In this document: piece after piece, positions 57,480 through 64,000 of the stretch | Numbering within the stretch: the first letter of the stretch is position 1 | Layout: every line of letters starts with the position of its first letter | Assembly (NCBI GenBank): GCA_963745835.1 | Contig: CAVUZH010000024.1 | Location: 1-64,000 of the forward strand | Direction of reading: 5' to 3' | Length of the DNA: 64,000 bases | From: an uncultured delta proteobacterium | GTDB taxonomy: Bacteria > Desulfobacterota > Binatia > UBA9968 | Made by a program: the position numbers and the translations under genes | The notes under the pieces: model-generated | Databases searched by the model: none | The model's input: only the letters and a program-made list of their open reading frames with translations | What the model was told of the DNA's origin: nothing

Positions 57480-59357
57480 TTAAGTCTCCATGAAGCTCTT
57501 CAGCCTTTTGCTGCGACTGGGATGTCTGAGCTTCCGGAGCGCCTTGGCTTCAATTTGCCGAATGCGCTCGCGTGTAACGGTAAACTTTTGACCGACTTCT
57601 TCAAGGGTGTGATCGGATTTCTCACCGATTCCGAACCGCATGCGCAGAACTTGCTCTTCACGTGGGGTTAAAGTGGCGAGTACCTTCTTTGTTTGTTCTT
57701 GCAGATTGATATTCACCACCGCATCGGAAGGAGTGATAATCCTTTTGTCCTCGATAAAGTCCCCAAGATGACTGTCTTCTTCCTCACCTACCGGAGTCTC
57801 CAGGGATATGGGCTCCTTGGCGATTTTAAGTACCTTCCTTACCTTATCTAAGGGAATTTCCATTTTCGTGGCAATTTCCTCGGGCGTTGGCTCGCGGCCA
57901 ATCTCTTGCACTAGATACCGAGAGGTCCGGATAAGCTTATTGATGGTCTCAATCATGTGAACCGGTATGCGGATTGTCCGAGCCTGATCGGCGATCGCTC
58001 TAGTGATTGCTTGACGGATCCACCAGGTGGCATAGGTGGAAAACTTGTATCCTCGCTGATATTCAAACTTATCGACGGCTTTCATTAAGCCGATATTTCC
58101 CTCTTGGATAAGATCGAGAAACTGCAATCCACGGTTGGTGTACTTCTTGGCAATACTCACAACCAATCGCAGATTCGCTTCGATCAGTTCTTTCTTCGCC
58201 AGATTAGCTTTGGTCTCGCCATCAACAATCGACCAAACGCGACGCTTGATTTCTTCCGCCGGGATGTCAAGGTCTTTTTCGATATGCCGTATATCGCGCC
58301 GCGCGCTCCTGATCTCGTCTGACATATGCAGAACCGCGTCGTGCCCCATTCGCAGCGAACTGGTGAGGCGTTGCCAATCCTTCTTACGTCCGTTCAGGTT
58401 TGCAACAAGCTTCAGGAGTTCGGAAGCGCTCTTCCCGGTCCTTTGCTCGAATTCCTTCACCCGGCGCTCAAGGGTTTGCATTCGATCCATGGCTCTCTTG
58501 AGACCATCAACAATCGCTTCGGTTTGCTTTCGATTCAGCTGAAGATTTTTCAGGCCGCCGACAATTCGGTCGTGATACTTTTCTAAAGTTTGTTGCAGCG
58601 CCTGACGACGTTGCGCCGAAAGCCGCTTGCCCTCGAGTTCGTCTTTAATCTTGTCTCGCTCATTAGCGGCCCTGCGGATTTTAGCGATTTGATCGAGCAA
58701 GCGCCGTTCGTGCACCTCTTCATCTTCGAGGTATTCGGCATCCTCATCACCATCTTTAATTATTTCACGCACTCGGATCTCATGTTGCGCCAATTTTTCA
58801 CCGAGTTCCAAAACGTAACGCAGTGCGAGCGGGCTGGATAATACTTCCTCAATGACTTTCTTTTCGCCTACCTCAATTTTCTTTGCGATCTCTACTTCGC
58901 CTTCACGGCTCAGCAGTGAAACAGTTCCCATCTCCCTTAAGTACATACGCACTGGATCGCCGGTCTTGCCAATCGCATCCCCATCAGTTTCGCCTTCGAT
59001 TTCCTTCTCATCCTCTTCGTCGTCGGCAAGGTCCTCACCGGCTCCTCCAAGAGTGACTCGTTGATTGGAATCAACAACCTCGATATCCATCTCGCCAAAA
59101 ATGGACATCACGTCATCGATCTGATCCGGAGAGACAACTTCCGCAGGAAGCATATCGTTCACATCATCATACGTCAGGTAACCCTTCTCTTTGCCGAGAT
59201 CAATGAGCTTCTTCACCTCCTTCATGTTCTTTTTCTCCGCCGGTTGCCCGGCGGCATGACGCGAGGAAGCTTTATCGTTGGCTATCGAGCGGTTATCTTC
59301 GGCGACGCGAGCTTTCGGCGTTCTAGCTGGCGTTCTTTTCGTACGATTTCTTGCCAT
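57480..59357 (-). CDS. rpoD: RNA polymerase primary sigma factor
   Basis: Region 1.1 [72 protein letters not shown]. Confidence 0.98.
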   Translation of the reverse strand: MARNRTKRTPARTPKARVAEDNRSIANDKASSRHAAGQPAEKKNMKEVKKLIDLGKEKGYLTYDDVNDMLPAEVVSPDQIDDVMSIFGEMDIEVVDSNQRVTLGGAGEDLADDEEDEKEIEGETDGDAIGKTGDPVRMYLREMGTVSLLSREGEVEIAKKIEVGEKKVIEEVLSSPLALRYVLELGEKLAQHEIRVREIIKDGDEDAEYLEDEEVHERRLLDQIAKIRRAANERDKIKDELEGKRLSAQRRQALQQTLEKYHDRIVGGLKNLQLNRKQTEAIVDGLKRAMDRMQTLERRVKEFEQRTGKSASELLKLVANLNGRKKDWQRLTSSLRMGHDAVLHMSDEIRSARRDIRHIEKDLDIPAEEIKRRVWSIVDGETKANLAKKELIEANLRLVVSIAKKYTNRGLQFLDLIQEGNIGLMKAVDKFEYQRGYKFSTYATWWIRQAITRAIADQARTIRIPVHMIETINKLIRTSRYLVQEIGREPTPEEIATKMEIPLDKVRKVLKIAKEPISLETPVGEEEDSHLGDFIEDKRIITPSDAVVNINLQEQTKKVLATLTPREEQVLRMRFGIGEKSDHTLEEVGQKFTVTRERIRQIEAKALRKLRHPSRSKRLKSFMET

Positions 59358-61087
59358 TCTAGTATCCTCTCCCTGGTTGCGTTCTCGTCCTTTTGTTCTT
59401 CGGCAGTTCGGATCGCGATTCGCAAGTTTCTTTCTTGCTCTCGCAAATACTTTCGTCGCAGATGGGCTATGCAGTCATCAGCCATCTTCTGGGACTCAGT
59501 TTCAGGAACGTTTTCTCCTTCGATTGCCAAAGCGGCTATCTGAGCAGCAACCTCTGAATCGAAGGCCTGCACGATCCTCCCAACATCGACGTTTTCATGC
59601 TCTTGCCACTCGGTCCTAATCAGATCAATAATCTCGCGCCAAGCTGATCCGACCCATTGTCGCACGTCTGCTTCTTCGAATACATATCCAGCGATTCGGG
59701 GATAACGTAAAATCAGAGATATCAGGGATCTTTCCGCGGCATTTGCGCGATTGCCGAGATCACTGGAAGAGAGCCGTCGGTTTGCTAACAACGGCGGCTT
59801 GGGAAGCACCGAACTCTGCAGAGGCTTGCGAAAGAACTCCTCCCGAATACCTAGCGAATCTACCGCCCGAGCAATCAGAAGATCAACTTCGAACGGGTTA
59901 CGCACCTTTTGCAGCACGCGTGAGATCTCCCCGGCAATTTGACTTTTGCCTTCCAAAGTTTTGCCGTAACGATGCTCTAGAGATGAGAAGTAATAGTCCG
60001 CCAACGGTACTGATCTATCAAGCAGTTCTTCCACGGCCGCTTTGCCGCGCGCGCGGATAAAAGTATCTGGATCTTCACCGTTGGGCAAAAAAGCGGCGCG
60101 CCCAAGCAGTCCGGCTTCAACAAAGATTTGGAAGCTTCGCTCCGCGGCTCGGCTACCGGCATCATCTCCATCGAAAAACGCCACAACGTTCTTTGTATAA
60201 CGCGACAAAGCGCGTACATGCTCCACCGTGAGCGCTGTTCCGAGAGTGGCGACGGCATAATCAACACCATATTGGTGCAAAGCTAAAACATCGAGGTAAC
60301 CTTCTACGACGACGGCTCGGTCCCTTTTGCGAATCGCTTCTTTGGCTTGGAACAGACCATATAGGGTAGACCCTTTCCGAAAAAGCGGGGTATCACTTGA
60401 GTTGAGGTATTTCGGAATTCCTTGTTCCAGCACCCGCCCGCCGAAGCCGATGACTTTGCCTCCGGCGTTGACGATGGGAAAAATTAGCCGGTCAAAAAAT
60501 TTTTCGTGGAACCGGTTGCCTTCCCTTTGGCCAATCAGCCCCAACCGAAGCGCATCTTTCAGCGAAAGCTTTTCCTTTTTGGCGACCTCCAGAAGCCCTG
60601 AACCATAGGGTGGCGCGAAGCCTAACACGAAACGCCGCGCAACCGACTCCTCGATTCCACGTTTCTTAATATACTCGAGAGCTCTTCTTCCCGAGACGTC
60701 ATTGAACAGAACGCGATGATAATTCGCCGCGGCACATTCATTGAGACGATAGAGAGCATCGCGGTCAGCCTCTCCCCCCGAGTCTCCGTTCTTTCCTGAG
60801 CGTTCCACGGCAATGCCATAGCGCTTGCCCACACACTCAACCGCTTCAGGAAAAGAAAGATGATCATACTGCATCAAGAAGTTGAAGACGCTGCCGCCAG
60901 TCTTGCAGCTGAAGCAGTGAAAAATCCCCTTCTCATCGTTCACCGTGAAAGAGGGAGTTTTCTCCCCGTGAAAGGGACACAGCCCGACATGATTACGGCC
61001 GATCTTTTTTAGCGTGACGTAATCGGAAATGACCTCAACGACGGAGGCCCGAGCACGAATCTCAGCGATCTTCTCCTGAGTGATCAT
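59282..61087 (-). CDS. dnaG: DNA primase
   Basis: [15 protein letters not shown] zinc finger, [26 protein letters not shown]. Confidence 0.97.
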   Translation of the reverse strand: MITQEKIAEIRARASVVEVISDYVTLKKIGRNHVGLCPFHGEKTPSFTVNDEKGIFHCFSCKTGGSVFNFLMQYDHLSFPEAVECVGKRYGIAVERSGKNGDSGGEADRDALYRLNECAAANYHRVLFNDVSGRRALEYIKKRGIEESVARRFVLGFAPPYGSGLLEVAKKEKLSLKDALRLGLIGQREGNRFHEKFFDRLIFPIVNAGGKVIGFGGRVLEQGIPKYLNSSDTPLFRKGSTLYGLFQAKEAIRKRDRAVVVEGYLDVLALHQYGVDYAVATLGTALTVEHVRALSRYTKNVVAFFDGDDAGSRAAERSFQIFVEAGLLGRAAFLPNGEDPDTFIRARGKAAVEELLDRSVPLADYYFSSLEHRYGKTLEGKSQIAGEISRVLQKVRNPFEVDLLIARAVDSLGIREEFFRKPLQSSVLPKPPLLANRRLSSSDLGNRANAAERSLISLILRYPRIAGYVFEEADVRQWVGSAWREIIDLIRTEWQEHENVDVGRIVQAFDSEVAAQIAALAIEGENVPETESQKMADDCIAHLRRKYLREQERNLRIAIRTAEEQKDENATRERILEWQEIVRKERQLERRKLASPKITAR

Positions 61088-61095
61088 GCGGCAAC

Positions 61096-61629
61096 TTATA
61101 GGATCCGGGTTTGACTTAACAGTCGTACCCGATTGTCCTCTGTCGTCAAGATCCTTTCTTTTCCGATTCGAATAATAACGTCGCCTAATCGGGATAACGA
61201 TGGGACCAAAACAGAAGTCTTGATTGTTTCACTAGCAGAAGGTGGAATCCAAGACGCGGAGCTCATAAAAAAAACAATTAACGCCATGACTGCCGCACCC
61301 TTACCGATTCCAATAACAATACCGCCGGATCGATTCAATGTCTGTAGAAAGAAAAACTTCTCAGAATTATGAAAAAACCAGCCCAAAAAGTTGAAACAGA
61401 GATAGACTGCAAAAAAGATCCCGACAAAAGAAGCTCCCTTGAGGATAAAGGGAGAAATTTTCCAATACTCTTGGCTGAGCGTTGCTACAGTGTGGTTATA
61501 CCGCGCAGCTGCCATGAAGCCAACTATCAGGCCCGCGAGCGAAAAGATCTCTCGAAAAAAACCTTTGACATAACCTCGCAACCCAAAAAGAAAAAGAAGA
61601 GATAGCAGGATGAGATCGACGATGTTCAC
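61096..61629 (-). CDS. cvpA: CvpA (colicin V production) family membrane protein
   Basis: MNIVD..., G..KGF.RE, LNR..G..IG..KG; four hydrophobic segments. Confidence 0.85.
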   Translation of the reverse strand: MNIVDLILLSLLFLFGLRGYVKGFFREIFSLAGLIVGFMAAARYNHTVATLSQEYWKISPFILKGASFVGIFFAVYLCFNFLGWFFHNSEKFFFLQTLNRSGGIVIGIGKGAAVMALIVFFMSSASWIPPSASETIKTSVLVPSLSRLGDVIIRIGKERILTTEDNRVRLLSQTRIL

Positions 61630-61821
61630 CGGTGACAGCCATCCGTCTTGTTAACTCTCGCTAATCGTAAACGCCACCACTCGTGAAGCATTGGTTCCTT
61701 TGATGCATTACGAGCAGGGGTGACATTCTTCTGGCAAAAAGCTGCTCAACGCCGCTAAGCAGCAAAGGAGCGGCCATTGATTGTTTGATGGGAAGGTAAA
61801 GAGAACGTGCCCTATAAGCAT

Positions 61822-62271
61822 TCAGGCGCCACGAAGTATTTCTCGGGCCAGCTCATTGACTCTTTTGCCATCGCTTCGGCCGCTCACCTTTGGCATCACT
61901 TCTTTCATAACTTTGCCAAGATCTTGCAAACCTTGCGCGCCCGATTCCCGGATTGTGATTCGAATCGCCGATATTATTTCGTCGTCGCTCAGAGGCTCAG
62001 GTAGGAAACGTTGCAGAACTTTCAACTCGGCCTGTTCTTTTTCCACGAGATCGCTGCGACCGCCCTTTTGAAACATGTCAATGGACTCCGCACGCTGTTT
62101 GCAGAGCGTCGAAATCGTCCGTTGAATCTCGTCGGTTGTGAGCTCTCTCCGAGATTTGATCTCCTCGTTCTTTATAGCCGCCAGTACCAGCCTTAAACTT
62201 TCCAGCGTGATCTTATCACCGCTTTTCATGGCCGACCTTATAGAATCCTGAATTTCGGCCTTTAACTGCAT
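61822..62271 (-). CDS. GatB/YqeY domain protein
   Basis: AMKSGDK..L..LR, KQRAESI..F.KGGR.DL..KE, FLPEPL, DLGKVM, DGKRV; ATG 62271. Confidence 0.92.
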   Translation of the reverse strand: MQLKAEIQDSIRSAMKSGDKITLESLRLVLAAIKNEEIKSRRELTTDEIQRTISTLCKQRAESIDMFQKGGRSDLVEKEQAELKVLQRFLPEPLSDDEIISAIRITIRESGAQGLQDLGKVMKEVMPKVSGRSDGKRVNELAREILRGA

Positions 62272-62317
62272 GGCGAATTTCTTTCTACATGGTAAGTAGA
62301 CACGAAAGCTCCAAGAC

Positions 62318-62512
62318 TTAAAAAGAATGACGCACTCGCCGTAACGCACGTTTCTTAGCCGCTATGGCTTTCTTCTTTCTTTTAACACTGGGCTTTTCGT
62401 AATGTTCCCGCTTTCTCAACTCCGCCAGAATTCCCGCTTTCTCACAAAGCTTTTTGAAACGCCTGATGGCACTTTCGATGGATTCATTTTCTCTAACTCG
62501 AACACCGGTCAT
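62318..62512 (-). CDS. rpsU: 30S ribosomal protein S21
   Basis: [32 protein letters not shown]. Confidence 0.97.
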   Translation of the reverse strand: MTGVRVRENESIESAIRRFKKLCEKAGILAELRKREHYEKPSVKRKKKAIAAKKRALRRVRHSF

Positions 62513-62554
62513 GGATTAAATCACCCCCGATCTCTGACCACGTATGGGACTGCA

Positions 62555-62582
62555 ATTTTATCCTAAATACGTCTCAAGTCAA
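62555..62582 (-). promoter_or_regulatory. Candidate sigma70 promoter of the rpsU-dnaG-rpoD operon
   Basis: Minus strand TTGACT-N16-TAAAAT about 40 nt upstream of rpsU. Confidence 0.55.
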
Positions 62583-62685
62583 GCAATTCACCGACCATAA
62601 CACCGCTGATTTTCGACCGTAAGACTAGTACTATCGACAGACAGACTAGAAGCGCCAAAATTCCCGCGCTAGCAGCGATGAGCTT

Positions 62686-63414
62686 TCATCGTTTCTCCAG
62701 GCGCCAAAACCGCTCCGGGAAATCGGTCATGATTCCCTGAACACCCAATGAGGCGAAATCTTCCATCTCTCGCAGTTCGTTCACTGTCCACACGAAAGCA
62801 TCCAGCCCTAACTCCCAACCCGTTTGTAAGAACTCGCGGCTCGCAAGTTCTTTCTGCACGTGCAAAGACGCAGCTTCAATTTCTGCAGCTATCACGAATG
62901 GGTTCTCTTCAATGCCGGTACCGTAAATCACACCCAACCGCGCTTCTGGCCCCAGTTCACGCACCCTGCGAAGGCAATCGTAGTCGAAGGAGGAAATAAT
63001 TGTTCGATCGAGATAATCGTAGTGGCTAAGAATGAAGAGAAGCTTTAGTTCAATGCCGGGCGGAGAACCCGGGTATTGTTTGATATCGAGGCAGAGCTCA
63101 GCCTCGCCGCCGACCAGCGCGACAACTTCCTCCAAAGTCGGGATCCGTTCCCCTTTGAATGCGGCGTTTCGCCACCCTCCGGCATCCAATCTCTTGAGCT
63201 GCTCTAAAGGCGTGCGGTTAACGATACCTCCCGCGCCGGTGATCCGAACAAGCCGCTCATCGTGAAAAATGACCACATGACCGTCGCTGGACAATTGGCA
63301 GTCCAACTCGATCATATCGGCACGGGCTTCTATGGCTTTTTCAACAGCTAGGCAGGTGTTTTCCGGGAAGCTCCCAGACGCGCCGCGATGGGCGATGCGC
63401 AGAAACTTTGCCAT
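62686..63414 (-). CDS. Glycerophosphodiester phosphodiesterase (UgpQ-like)
   Basis: IAHRGAS..PENT, IELD, VIFHD, IPTLEE, SSFD, WTVN, GIMTDFP. Confidence 0.92.
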   Translation of the reverse strand: MAKFLRIAHRGASGSFPENTCLAVEKAIEARADMIELDCQLSSDGHVVIFHDERLVRITGAGGIVNRTPLEQLKRLDAGGWRNAAFKGERIPTLEEVVALVGGEAELCLDIKQYPGSPPGIELKLLFILSHYDYLDRTIISSFDYDCLRRVRELGPEARLGVIYGTGIEENPFVIAAEIEAASLHVQKELASREFLQTGWELGLDAFVWTVNELREMEDFASLGVQGIMTDFPERFWRLEKR

Positions 63415-63468
63415 ACATAGGACAGGTTAGCAGACGATGCGTGAATTGAAACCGCGCGATGGCTGTAG

Positions 63469-64000
63469 TTAGGTTCGGGAATCTGGATCAGTCAAATGAA
63501 TTAGGAACTCCTTATTGCCTTTGGGGCCGAGCAGTGGTGATTCGGTTACATCTTGAGCCGTGAAGCCCAAGCTTGTCGCCGACTGCTTGATTTCTTCGAT
63601 CACACGCAGGTGTTCTGCACTAGACCGGACCACGCCACCTTTGCCGACCTTGCCTTTGCCAACTTCAAACTGAGGTTTGATCAGCGCGATTATCTCGCCT
63701 CCGCGCGATAGTAGAGTCTTAACTTTAGGAAGAACCAAGCGTAACGAGATGAACGAGACATCGATCGTCGCGAAGCCCGCTAGGCTCGGCAAATCAAAAG
63801 CTTCAAGATAACGTATGTTTCTCCGTTCCAAAACTACCACACGTGGATCGTTTCTGAGCTTCCAATCGAGCTGACCATAGCCGCAGTCGACCGCGTATAC
63901 CCGGCGCGCGCCATGAGATAACAGGCAATGCGTAAACCCGCCGGTTGAGGCGCCAACATCCAAAGCCACTTTATCCTTTATGTCAATCTGAAATTGGCGA
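63469..64000 (-). CDS. tlyA: TlyA family rRNA methyltransferase, 5' end outside the window
   Basis: LDVGASTGGFT, DVSFISL, LIKPQFE, SPLLGPKGN.EF. Confidence 0.93.
   Translation of the reverse strand, partial: RQFQIDIKDKVALDVGASTGGFTHCLLSHGARRVYAVDCGYGQLDWKLRNDPRVVVLERRNIRYLEAFDLPSLAGFATIDVSFISLRLVLPKVKTLLSRGGEIIALIKPQFEVGKGKVGKGGVVRSSAEHLRVIEEIKQSATSLGFTAQDVTESPLLGPKGNKEFLIHLTDPDSRT

Noticed and set aside
1-64000. CRISPR array, integron attC repeats or a shared repeat at module boundaries
   Set aside because: By-eye comparison of the intergenic gaps (1340-1780, 6420-7100, 13005-13307, 16637-16928, 35599-36176, 44568-44880) showed no recurring repeat; a self dot-plot would be needed to exclude weak ones.

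Overview
Bacterial chromosome segment with two parts. Right end (57363-64000, minus strand): conserved housekeeping block tlyA(partial)-GDPD-rpsU-GatB/YqeY-cvpA-dnaG-rpoD-tRNA-Ile2(CAT); gene order and cargo style suggest a deltaproteobacteria-like lineage such as Candidatus Binatia (inference only). Left of the tRNA 3' end lie a frameshifted large serine recombinase (55790-57406) whose reading frame ends inside the antisense tRNA, a second decayed recombinase remnant, and ~54.7 kb of catabolic cargo, almost all on the minus strand. The cargo holds 13 exported substrate-binding proteins (6 AfuA/PotD-like, 5 NMT1/SsuA-like, 2 TctC) but only one ABC permease+ATPase and one regulator (IclR). These are interleaved with six amidohydrolases, two UbiD decarboxylases, a hydantoinase/acetone-carboxylase-like A/B/gamma set, an orphan molybdopterin subunit, an LLM oxidoreductase, a cysteine dioxygenase, two M20 hydrolases, an amidase with an unannotated 59-aa partner, and others. 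Several enzymes lack the canonical catalytic residues of their families. Frameshifts cluster at 0.5-1.8 kb, 22.4-27.2 kb and 54.7-57.3 kb and may be partly sequencing artefacts. No CRISPR array, rRNA or IS transposase was seen.
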